A stretch of 64,000 bases of DNA from Chiloscyllium plagiosum (Eukaryota): contig NC_057753.1 of the NCBI RefSeq assembly GCF_004010195.1, forward strand, positions 2,898,087 through 2,962,086, in the 5' to 3' direction. Shown in pieces: positions 1-12,204 of the stretch. The notes under the pieces were generated by a model. It saw only the letters and a program-made list of their open reading frames with translations. It did no database searches and had not been told where the DNA came from. Numbering within the stretch: the first letter of the stretch is position 1; each line of letters begins with the position of its first letter. Both the position numbers and the translations under genes were made by a program.

Positions 1-936
1 ACGAATATTTCTCTTCTGTTTTCACTCAGGGAAAGGAAAACATTGTAGAGTAGAAGAATGAGATATGTGATATTAGACTACAAAGGATCGAGGTTAGTAA
101 GGGAGAGGTGCTAACAATTTTAGAAGAGGTGAAAATAGACAAGTCTACTTGGTCGGATGCGATTTATCTAAGGATTCTCTGGGAAGCTAGGGAGGAGATG
201 GTGGAGCCTTTGGCTTTGATCTTTGATTCGTCATTGTCTGCAGGTTTAGTACCAGAGGACTGGAGGAATGCAAATGTTGTACCCTTGTACAAGAAGGGCA
301 TTGGAGATGATTCAGGTAATTATAGAGCAATGAGCCTTACGTCTGTTGTATGAAAAGTTTTGGAAATGATTATAGGAGATAGAATTTATAACCACCTAGC
401 AAGCATCAATTTGATTTCAGATAGTCCACATGGCTTCGTCAAGCGTAGGTCATGTCTCACAAACCTCAGTGAGCTTTTTGCGAAGATTATCAATCATGTG
501 GATGAGTGCCGCCGCACTTGGAATATTATGGACAGTTCTGGTCGCCCCATTACAGGAAGGATTGAAAAAGGTGCAGAGGAGATTGGCCAGAATGTTTCCT
601 GGTATGGAGGGAAATTCTTATGAGGAAAGGCTGAGAGACCTGGGTGTATTCTCATTGGAAAGAAGAAGGCGAAGAGTGGATTAGATATAGACATACAAGA
701 TGATCAGAGGATTAGATAGGGTAGGCAATTAAAGTCTTATTCCTAGAATGATGACGTCAGCTTGCACAAGAGGGCATATTTGCATAGGTAAATGGGTGGG
801 AAGAAAATTGAAGGTTACCAACCAAATGCAGGCAATTGGATATATTGGAAACTATTATGGGGCATCATAATCAGCATGGACCAGTTTGGGCCGAAAAGCC
901 TGTTTCGATGCTGCATTACTGTATGACTGTATGACT
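1..936 (+). mobile_element. Degenerate CR1-type LINE ORF2 (RT) fragments with 3' tail
   Basis: ORF-track peptides VPEDWRNANVVPLYKKG..GNYRAMSLTSV, HGFVKRRSCLTNL and YEERLRDLGVFSLERRR are CR1 RT motifs. Internal deletions and stops; (TATGAC)-type tail near 920. Confidence 0.9.
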
Positions 937-2959
937 CTCGAGGCAACGGGGTCAAGTACTGACAACTTGGACTAGTTTAGTTTGGGAAACATAGTCAGAA
1001 TGCACAAATTGGACTGAGGAGTCTTTTTTCGTGTTGTATGAAGCCAAGACTCCATGATAGATGGTCCTCAAGAAATCTGGCAATGTACCTTTTTTATTAT
1101 GTATCAGTTTTCCACGTCACATTCCGCGAATCTGCATTTTCCTCCAATTTTACTTTTACGTTACAGCAGTGACGACAATTCTATGGCACTTGTTTCGCTT
1201 AAAATCATCTTTAAAGGTCCTGAGATAGTTAACAGGCTATATTTATAAATAAGCTGGTTATTCTCTCTGTCAGTTATTATAACTGAAAAGACAGATGTAT
1301 TTATGTAATGTATACATATCTTTGAGACTCTACTTGCCTCCGAGGTCACTATTCTTCTGTTCAACGCTTTATCTGTCTCTATCTTGCTATGTAACCTTTT
1401 AACCCGTAGGTCTCATCAGCTTTGTTTATTTTTCTCTGATGCTCATTGTTTCCTTCTTATTGAAGATTCTCTGGGATGAAATACATCGCTCTAGTGACTA
1501 TAGTGAAATCAGAGGTGTTTACAATTTCCTCTTTGCTGCGACATTTCGGACGTGTAACCATGATGGTGCACCTGAACTATGAAAAACTCAAATCATTTCT
1601 TATTAGAGCGGATTATTTTCTCTGATAGACAAAGTATGCATATTTGAGCTTCCAATTTGCAGTTAATTTGTCTCCAGAGATGAGGCATTTCTGTTACGTG
1701 ACAGTTAGGGCAAGGAATAACCGTTCTCCCTTGTAGAAAATTACGATATAATTTAACTGTAATTTTCAGGAATTTTCTGTCGAAAACTAGAGTGCAAAGA
1801 TTTAATATAATTTACACAGGCAATATTAGATTTCTTTCTGATGCATCTGTGCTTAAGCTATTTAGTTGACTGCCTGTAATGTAGTAGGAAATTAGTTAAA
1901 TCATATAGCTTCATATTAAAGAGTTGAAAACAAAACATAATTTTAAGACAGGCAAGAAATGAGAACGAATACCTGGACATGAAATGCCACATCAATTCGC
2001 TATATTCAGGTATTGCTTAGTTTTTGTTCATTTGGAATGTTAAGTACGATCTTTTTGAAATTTCAATTTCAGTCATTAGTTCCGCATTTTGTTTCGCATT
2101 TCCAAATTTATTGAAGCATTACAGTGCAGATTCTTGCTTATATGTTTCAGGACACCTGCTCGGCTTAATATTTGGTTCTTACCTGAATTTGGTTTCACAA
2201 GCGGTACTTCAAAATTTTTGAAGTTTGGAGTGTGGAATTTTCAGAGATTGCTAAAAGCACAAAGTTTAAAATCAAGGTAAGAAAGATAATTCGTCGTTAG
2301 TGTGTCATCGAAACGTAAAGAGTTCCTTTTCGTTTTCCAGAGAAGTCCAGACAACTCTAAAAGACAAATTGTATAACTTCAAAGGTAATGCATCAACAAA
2401 CGCTTCTACTTGCAAACATGCACATATCCAAGATGGTGCGACTAATCACAGATACGAAGATGAACAAGGTATCCAAATTTCTGGACTTTATAACTTGTTT
2501 CACTGAGAACAGATACCAAAAAAAATTAAACCAATATTAAACAGTGCTTGCCTCAGCTGGCGATTTGCTTTAAGTTATGGACCATAAGTTTGGGTAAATG
2601 TGGGAACAGTAGCTCGAGTACATTAAGTGTCAATGAGGCCATTTCTACAGATGAAACACTTCTGCTTCATAGACAGCAGAGAATTTGGAACTGTTCTACC
2701 TGCAGAACACAAATGTGTCATTTCACTGACGTCTTCAAACTCATGATGGTGTTGGGCAGTGCAGATAGTCAGGCATTTCCTGTTGAAAGAATCAAAGCGC
2801 AAAGTTTTAATATAATAGACAAAATAAGCAAAAACATCATTATAATCACCGAAGCCTCCCGGTGTGTAAAGAGATCAGTCAGCCAATCGAATCTGCACTG
2901 ATCCATTGAAGAATATATCAGCAGACCTGGCACCTGAACCTACGACCACATTTTCCACA

Positions 2960-3122
2960 TGGAAGCTGCATATTTGTGGATTGTGAAAGGCAATAGGAAC
3001 ACCTGCTGGCAATTCAGACAGACATTTGGAGAAACTATTCGCAGACAGTCACCTTCATTTTAATCAAAACCACGCCCCTCGCGCTGTGAAGCAGCAGTAC
3101 TAACCATTGGGCAACCTTGGCA
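2960..3122 (-). mobile_element. Degenerate HE1/V-SINE-like tRNA-derived SINE (paralogous copy ~23835-23992)
   Basis: Reverse-complement similarity to the SINE at 20121 (gcgctgtgaagcagcagtactaaccattgggcaacc). Confidence 0.65.
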
Positions 3123-5324
3123 TATATTCATAGCCTGTGCTCCTTCTTTCAGAAAATGAATGAGGATATATAATGCACTGCTAAGGAGCTCACAGGAGGA
3201 CAAGTCCAATCAGTGAATTAATAAGAGAATTGGCATAAAGCCTGATGTGTATTTTTGAAACAGAAGTTTCGATTCATCAGTGATGTCATTTGTTCCAGTC
3301 ATGCAATAACCAGACAAATCTATCCACGCAATACGCACACTTCACAATGCGCCACTAATGTTTCAATCAATTATTTTGTCTTGAATTACATACTCACGCC
3401 AGAATCATCTTATTCACATCGATTCCTTATGTCCACCCAATGAAGTTTTGGCGTGAATCACCGCAGGCCAACGGTTATGGTAGAGACTCAATGTGTTTTA
3501 TACTTTCAATCAGTAAAACAGTCGGTTTACTTTTGAAAGTATTTGTAAAGTGTGGTGCAGAAATGGAACGAGCAGACAGAGGGAGTGGCAAAGGTGACTA
3601 AAATTGCAATACCTTAAAGACATTTCGAAAGATACGTAGATAGGGAAGTTGAAAGCGGATATCGGACAGTTACAGGCAAATGAGACAAGTTTAGATTTGG
3701 AATCTTGTTCGGCATGGATGCGTTGGGCTAAAGAACATGCTGTGGACCTTCATGACCCTAACCGAATACGGGCATTATTCTTGGAGGAACAGACAGAGGC
3801 GAGGCAGTAGTGTGTAGCATGCACCCCTCGTGGCTAACTCTACCGCCAAGGACGAATGGTGAGTTGGGACATGCAAGATATCTTTATCGAGAAAGAGGGA
3901 GAACACAAAGTCTGGAATAAATGACACTGCTTCTCTCTCCACAGTGTTACTGGAGCTGTTGGGCTACTACAGGATTTTCAATTTTTACTTCTGATTTCCA
4001 GCAGCTGCAGTATTTTCATTTTGTTTGATTGATATTATTTTTAATAGGTTGTGCAGTGATGTGCAACATTTTCGAGACACAAGTGACAGGCAATGACCAT
4101 CTACCACAAAAATAAGTGTAACTTATTCTCCTTGTCATTCAATGGAATTGCCATGACTGAAAGCACTATTATCAACTTGGTGGAGGTAATCGGGGACATG
4201 TGTTAAATACTCATTCAGAAGCTGGGAATTATGCGGAAGGTTTTACATCACCTAACTTCCAAACGACTCCCAAGATTTAAAAGGCTCAACTCAGGAGTAA
4301 GGTGAAATACCCGCTACTTGTGAGGTTCGGTGCAACTCTAACAATACTCAAAAAGTTTAAATTTTCAGGACACGACAGCCCATTTGATTGGAAACCCATC
4401 CAATATTGAACCATCCTGGTAGCAGTCAAAACTATTCATAATTTACAGTACAGTAACTCACTAAGGTCCTCCCGCAGTAATTTTTAAAGTATCAAATTCA
4501 ACACCTCGAACAATAGAGCAGAAGATTTATCAGAGCACCACCAGATGCAAGTTCCCCGCAAGACATGAACTATACTTATTTCGAAATTTATCAGCATTCA
4601 TTTTCAGTAGGTACACCAAAATCTTGATAGCCCCTTCCTTACAGCTCTGTGGATTTACCTCCACCCCTGAAATATACAGCTTCAAATAAAACTTCCTTCT
4701 GAAGTAACAATGCGAATGGACTATGGATATAAGCACGACCAGCAAAATGACGATCAATGAACGATTTCAATAGGGAAATACATTTGACAAAAGAATGCAG
4801 GAGAATGAGTTGAAAAGCATGTCATTCATAATCTAAGCATGGAGCAGTTGATTGGGCCGAATTGTCTAACTCTTCTCCTATACCTTGTGATATTTTAGTC
4901 TCACAATCATTGGCGCCCGCATGTGTGTAATGGGTCGAATGGCTTCCTTCTGTGCGATAAGATTCTTTGATTTTATTTAACTCAGCAAAAATTCCTCTGC
5001 TCAATTTACTTGAAATGAGGATTCGTTCACATCGTAAATTGTTTTGTGAAAAACAAACACAAAATTACATGTCAATGAACTGAGGAATTTAATGGAAATT
5101 TTGGTTTAGATATTATCAGAAATTGAAGGTTTATTGTAAAACGTAAAAATCTATTGCCACACTGTGTCATTTTAAGTCTTTCACAGAAATGCAGTGAGTG
5201 AATTCTGCCTCTGTGTTGTGTCCAGTCGGATCACTGTAAAGTATTTTAGTTAGTCATTGATCGTGAAATTCAAAAATATTGCACCAAATAATGCATTCAT
5301 AAAATTAAGCAAATCAAACTTAGA

Positions 5325-6130
5325 GAAGGTGGATTCGCTGTTGGTTTGCTCACCGAGCTGGGAAGTTTGTTGGCACACGTTTCGTCACCTTCTTAGGTGA
5401 CATCGTCAGTGCTGTGTTGTCTGCTGTTAAACCTTCAATCCTCGTCTGATTCGAATTTATGTGGTTCTTTTTGAGCTGTTTCCGCTTGGTGCCTGTTACA
5501 GTATTTCCATTGCAGAGCTTCGTACATCTGGTCGAACTTCATGTGTTTGTTGAAGGAGTCCGAAGATGTGTACTATGCTTCCAGCAATTCCTTTGCTGTT
5601 TTTTTGTTTAGCCTGTCCTAGTATTGTTGTGTTGTCCCAGTCAAATTCAGGATTCTTGTTGCCCGTTGTATGGAGATCAGAGAAAGTTAGTCGTGTCGCT
5701 TAATTGCTACTTGGTGAACATGGATCCGGGTTACAAGCTGTCTGGCTGTTTGTCTGACATAGTGCTTAGGGCAGACGTTGTGTGGTGTTTTGCAAATAAT
5801 ATTCGTACTGCACATCGTGGATATTGGTACTAGCACAGTTCCTGGAAGCATGATACTCATCCTCTGACTCCATCAAGAAACACATTGACCTGGACCCAAT
5901 ATACAGTACAAACTGCTGCAATGGAAAAAGAAACAGGAACCAGCACCAACCGGAAACAGCTCAAACAGGATTACATAAAATAGTACGGCAGTGCTTCACA
6001 GTCCGCAACATAGCACAGATGATGTCACCTAGAAACATTACAAAACGTCTACTAATAAACCCACTCGCCCCGCGAACAAAGCGGCAAAGAATCCAATCAG
6101 CTCCCCAGCAACAGATCTTCGCAACATCTT
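5325..6130 (-). mobile_element. Penelope-like element 3' fragment (GIY-YIG endonuclease remnant) with inverted terminal copy
   Basis: The paralogous minus-strand ORF 25978-26454 reads KHYVGQRARQLGIHIHGQQLAIKRH..FDWDNTTILGQAK..LLEAWY. Segments ~5328-5590 and ~5838-6100 are imperfect inverted copies. Confidence 0.8.
5372..5413 (-). ncRNA. Hammerhead-ribozyme-like motif (probably inactive, GUG triplet)
   Basis: Minus strand reads gcaCTGACGAtGTCACCtaagaaGGTGACGAAACGTGtgc: CUGANGA, 6-bp stem II, GAAAC, then GUG instead of GUH. Confidence 0.7.
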
Positions 6131-8039
6131 TAAATTTAGAACTTGTTTTGTTCTCCACTGAAACAGTGAAATAAGATGGCCTCCTATCGAAATCAGTTAG
6201 CCGCTGCTTTCTTCACTTTCATTTCCACTTCTTCATGCTAACATGTGCTGAAGAGCAGGTTAGTCGATAAGAAAGTTCAGACATTCAAAATGATGAAAAC
6301 TTTTTTATTCTCAAGACCTCAGTAAGTGAAAACATCATACATGAATCGGCTTTGTCAATCTTTTTCAGTACAATATGTCTTTTTTCTTTTCATACTTCTC
6401 ATGTCTCACTACATGAGTGAACACAAGCTCTGATTGACCAATCTCAATTCTCAAAACTTTCTGCCATCACGGAAATAAGTCACGTGAAACTTTATTTCAT
6501 TGTCTCTATGGATGTAATATTCTATCTGTGGTACGTAGACCAATTCTGCCCAAAGTACCCGGAAGTGGCCGATACAATGTTCTTGAAGCAAAACTTAACT
6601 AAAAGAAAATCTAACAATGAAAATGTCCGGGTGGTCCAGCAGCACCTGCGAAGAGGCAAGTGACGTTAACACTTTGCATCCAAAGTCTCTTCTGTAGAAA
6701 GAACACGACTCTGAACTTCCAATTCTGAACTTCCAATTCTGAGCTTCCACTTCCAACAGTACTGTTGTTACTGTTTCCACAGAAGGTAGCAGAGCTGCTG
6801 CATTTCTCCATTATTTTCTGCTTTCACCTTAGATTTACATCGTGGGCAGCATTTTGTTATTCCAAAACTTCCAAACCCTGTAAGTAAATGTTTATAAGAT
6901 TTTTAACGATTCATTGGGCTCTAAAAGAAACTTCTCTACATCTATATCTAAAAAAGACGTTTCTTTCTTTCGTCAGAGCATTCGAGAGTCACCAGGACGT
7001 CTAACCACAAAATAAAACTCTGTTTTTCTTTATTTAAAAGCGGACGCATGTTAAGCAAATATTCATGGTGAGGCCGGTACTGAGGACCCAGAAAGAGAAT
7101 GACCTAACCGACGTGATAAGGGGTCATTCTATGTAGATTAGAACATTGCGTACAAAGAATTCGATAGACCACGAATGGTGGATAAGCTTAACCAATAGTT
7201 TTTCAGCATCTTGAAGTCATCAATTGGAAAAGATAAGTGCTGAGACAGTAGAACTTGCAGTTAACTCTGAAGAGGGGAAATACAATTGTCAGAGTGGGCT
7301 GTAAAATTGCCCTGCACCTCCATTCATGTTTGTTCCCACTTCATTGGTGGGATAACAGTGATAAATATCAACGAGAGCAACACAGAGTGACATTCACGGT
7401 TTAAAGGGGCAAAGCTCTGGTCGCCCCCTCAGATATCTCTCGCTCTGGTGAGTGATGGCCTACCTGACACAGAAGACTCGAGAGGTATCAACATGGTGAA
7501 TCATATAAAATGGGAAATACCCAAATAAGTGCCAGAGCACCAAGAAACTCCTTGCAATGATGTACCACGGTCGACTCCATCCAGTTCATGCACGACTCCA
7601 AGCGTCTATCTCAAGTAAGGAAATCGAAGTGTTCAATGACTGCTGTCCTTGTCAGTGAGTTCTAATGATTATTCCTTTCTGACCCCACTCATCCCGTGTC
7701 CTCAAATTCGGAGGGATGCAAGAGCGCGAAAGTCAGTTTCTGAAATGAACTGAGAACATATTCTGATTTGAGTATTGATGCAGAGTTCTTTATACGTTCT
7801 TAAATTTGTCACATGAAAGAGGGTTTTAAACAGAGGATACTGTGAAAGCAGTCTGTGTGTAACACGAAGAGGATATGCTGCATGCACAATATCCTTCAGG
7901 TTAATTAGTTTCATTTTTCAAAATTTTTATATTTTAATAAAGGTTCATTGGATATTTTGATTCGCTCTAGGCTTTGGTATAAATGAAAAGATTGACGCAG
8001 GAACTTAATGATTGGATTAAAATCTGGTGTCTTCGATGA

Positions 8040-8640
8040 AAAATGCTAAGGAGGCGCACGGTGTGTAAGCTTTTATTGGTATAGGGATTTAGTTTCAGAG
8101 CCATGAGGACATGTGGTAGCTGTACAAAACTCGAATGCAGCCGCACTTGGATTATCGAGTACAGCTCTGGTCGCCTCACTATACAAAGGATGTGGAAGCA
8201 CGGGAAAGGGTGAAGGGGAGATTTACCAGGATGTTGCCTGGTATGAGGGAAGGCCTTATGAGTAAAGTGAGGGACGTGAGGGAAGAGTGTTCAAAGCTGA
8301 CTTTATAGAGGCATACAAGTTGATCACTGGATTAGCCAGGGTGCAGAGTGAAAGCCTTTTCCCTCGAATGATGAAGGCTAGCACGAGGGGACATAGCCGT
8401 AAATACAGGGGTGATAGACGGAGAACAGATAACGGAGGTCGGTTATTTACTCAGAGAATAGTAACGGTGTGGATTGCCCCGCCTGCAACAGTAGCAGAAA
8501 TCGCCAACATTTAGGGCATTTAAATGGTAATTGGATAAACGTGTGGATGATAATGTTATTGTGTAGGTTAGGTGGGATTTAGATTGGTTTCACATGTCGG
8601 TGCAATATCGACGGCCAAAGGATATATAATTTTCTACGTA
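8040..8640 (+). mobile_element. CR1-type LINE 3' fragment
   Basis: ORF 8287 (AYKLITGLARVQSESLFPRMMKASTRGH..FTQRIVTVW) matches the CR1 ORF2 C-terminus. Confidence 0.85.
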
Positions 8641-9769
8641 GAATTGCTAAAATTGAGACCTGAAGTCAAAGTAATGTTTGCGAGTTGGGCACATGGGATC
8701 TATATAAAACATAACCATTATAACAGAATTAAACAACCTGGATTGCTGAAGAGTAAATCAATTGACTTTCTCCACTTCACTATCTCTAAACCACCGTGAT
8801 ATTTGCCATTCCTCCGAGACCAGTTTTCATGTAAAACCTCTGTATCGCAAGAGTATGTTTGACAGTGAGTGTACTGAACTGTAAAATCAGAATAAACAGG
8901 AGTAGAGCTGTTAAAATAAATGTATACAAGTTGTAGCATATGTCCGTGATGTGTGAGCAATGACATTTATGGTGCGAACAGGAAATGTTGTTAGTTATGT
9001 ACATAGCGTCTCATAGATAATACAACACGTCATGTTTGCACTGGCCGGGGTGAACCTGCGTCCGATAATGCAAGCTCTCATCTTCCCAGTGCAATGCCGC
9101 CTTGGAATCAACGCATGTCATTCTCCTCTCACTTTCGGAATTCTGCTCTTTTCGCCATGATTAAACCGAGGCTTAAATGAGGTCAGAAGTGAAGTGAGAC
9201 TGGCGGATTCCAAACTGGGCTTCACTAAGCAGGTCATTGCTGAGCAGGTGTTGTTTTATACTCGTGTTGATTACATGTTCCATTACTGACGTTGCAGAGT
9301 AGACTGAGGGGATTTGTCCTGCTTTTTATGTTCTGGACATATCTGAGCAAGTTTCAAATTGGCACGGAGATATTAGTATTAAGGCTTAACCAATAGCTTG
9401 GCGAAGGGTACGGCGGATTCTGGAGCACAAACTTTCATTATGATTACCGTAATGTTCTCAATGTCCACAGACTTTTCCGTGTCCAGTGCCTCCAAATGTT
9501 TCTTTGACGCACTTTGGACAACCTGAAAATGAAGAAGGGATTATATAAAAGTAAAAATTCAATTGTTTGTTTCCACAACGGTCTTGTACTGTTAACAGCC
9601 AGTGTCTTGCTGAAAATTCGTTTGCATGTATGAAATATTGTTTAGAAACAAATCACACTTAAAATCCTGCTCTGGAAACAGGGCCTGCGGACAATCGAGT
9701 CCAAACAAACTCCCCCGAACAGTATCCTACCTGTACTCAACCACAACCGTTTCCATGCATTTCCCATGG

Positions 9770-10430
9770 CCAATCTGCCTAACCTGCACATATTTGGACC
9801 GTGGGAGGAAATTGGAGAATGCAGAAGAATCCCACGCGGTCGCTGGTAGAATGTGGAAAATCCACACAAGCAGTCACTCAAGTGAGGATTCCATAAGACC
9901 ATAAGATATAGGAGTGAAGCTACTTGATTCAGCCAATCGAATCTGCTGCCCCATTCGATGACTGATAGGTTTTTAAAACCCATTTTCCCTCTTTCTTCCT
10001 TTAACCTTTGATCCCCTTTGCAATCAAGAATTTATATATCTCTGTTTTAAATATACTCAATAATGTTGGCTCCACAGTCTTTTGCACCAATGAATTCCAC
10101 AGATTCACCACTGCCAGGTTGCAAAGGTTTCTCATTAGCTCCGTTCTAAAATGTCTTTTTATTTAACTATAATGCTGTGCCCTCGCGTCTTCATCTCGCT
10201 TACTAATGGAAACATCTTCCCAACGTCCATCCTGTACAAAACTTTCAACATTTGGCAAGTATCAATCAGACCTCATCCTTCTGGACTCCATCGATTATTC
10301 TCCCAGATTCTTCGAAGGTTCCTCATATGTTAAGCCTTGTATTCCAATGATCATTTCTGTGAACCTCTCCTGGGTGCTCAAGGCTAATACATTTTTCCTG
10401 TGGTATTGGATCAAAATTGCTCACCATAAT
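9770..10430 (-). mobile_element. V-SINE fragment (~9770-9875) followed by CR1 3' fragment (~9897-10430); paralogous at ~30490-31360
   Basis: SINE V-domain reverse complement (ggccaatctgcctaacctgcacatatttggac). The ccataagaccataagatatagga tail and body resemble the CR1 at 12388. Confidence 0.7.
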
Positions 10431-10589
10431 CTAAATAAGGTATATAAAAGTGATTTGATTCTGAGATAAGGTTCATAGTTATGTAAACCAGCAGTACTAA
10501 CAGCGATGCCAACGTTCCACAAGTTAATTCAGGCTGCCAAGCCTGTTTCTGTAACATGACGAACTGTTTATCCACATCAATGCTCTAGC

Positions 10590-10830
10590 GGAGGCGATGG
10601 TGTAGTGCTGTTATCCCTGCAATACTACTTCCAGAGCAATGCCCTCAGTTCGACTGTGTCATGGCAAATGGTGGTATTTGAATTCAATAAAAATCAGAAA
10701 GTAAGAGCCACATGATGACAATGAATCCATTGTAAATTTTTGGCAAAAAACACAACTAACTCATTAATCTCCTTTACAGAAGGAAACTGCCGAACTAACT
10801 TAGTTTGGACTACTTGTAGTTGTAGTATCT
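10590..10830 (+). mobile_element. tRNA-derived SINE-like repeat (second family); paralog ~31500-31730
   Basis: A-box-like ggcgatggtgtagtg head, and gaattcaataaaaatc and ggaaactgcc motifs shared with the copies at 16040 and 31500. Confidence 0.55.
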
Positions 10831-12204
10831 GGAAAACCGTCGATCTCTAAATCAGTCGTACACAACAACTGGGGTAGATAACATATGCAGTGGCAATAAC
10901 TTGACATGTGGCCTTTGGCGATCTTGAGCTGCTGTATCCATGAACGACTTAAGACATTACCCATACAATTGTGAGGTGAATTTCGAACAACAAACGGGAA
11001 CAGTAAACTTTATGGCAAATGGTTAATGTTTGAATGTTCAACTGGACTTGGAATAAATACTACGAAATTGGAGACCTGTATTGGCAAGAGAACATTAAAA
11101 ACATATAAACTTAAAAAGAGTTCCTACGAACATCAAAGAGCCTAGAAATTTATATTGTCTTCTGACATGGATGGTTCCAGGGCAAACATTGTTTAAATGT
11201 ATTTGCATATATATCACAAAAAATGGTGTTAGTGAATGAACAATCATGTTTCCTGTCTGCATCTACAAGTCTAGACACTGCAATTTAGAAAGTTGAAAAG
11301 AATACAGCAGAGAATAATGTCACGAACTTAAAGCTGAAATGATTGTGACCTTTGGTACTGTCCTGTAAAAGTGGTGAAGGAGACAGATTATATGTTAGTC
11401 TTCATAAGGAAAATGAAGACGTTGGATGAGTAGGCAACATTAAAAAGCACACAGCACCAGGTTGTCAATAAGCTGTTGAGCTATAGAGTGGTTTCGTGTG
11501 AATTTTAACTTCATAATGGTATCTGGAATAAAGGAGCAGTGATGCGTTTCTGCTTTTGCTTCGGACCTTGCTGAGATGATTGGCTATTTTGACTATGGAA
11601 TGGGTGCAACCAATGTTTGCCAGACTGATTTCTGGGATGGCAGGAATGTCATATAAAGAGGAAATCGATCAGTTTGGACTATATGTACTGCAATTGGGAA
11701 CAATGGGGGGATCTTATAGAAAATATCACAGCATGAGTAGACAGGGTCAAAACAGAAAGCATATAGCCAGTCTCCGACAGCGTAATGGACTATTCCTTCT
11801 TCAATTTTCTATGTTTCTATAAAGTCACAATTGGATTAGGGGTCACTTCGTGCTTCTTCTGTGGTCGCATGTACTAAATGAGGATTAGCAAGAAGTAATA
11901 TTCATTTCTCATCACAAGAAACGGTAAAAATCTTACCTCGATATCCAGACAGTTATTGTTTCTGTCAAGGAATGTTATTGGGAAGGGTTTGGGTCTCAAT
12001 GAATATCACTTTGGAAATATCACGAAGGTAGATAATTGGTCCTTCAAAGCATGAACACCACCTGAGCAACTGCTGCACAGATCTGTTTGTTAAAAGGACT
12101 TCAAAAAACTTAACAAACTAATGAGGTCCCCGGAGCCTACAATGAGGCATAAATATCACAATTTTACACTGAAAATCTGAACAAGCTCACAGCGTCTGAT
12201 AGAA

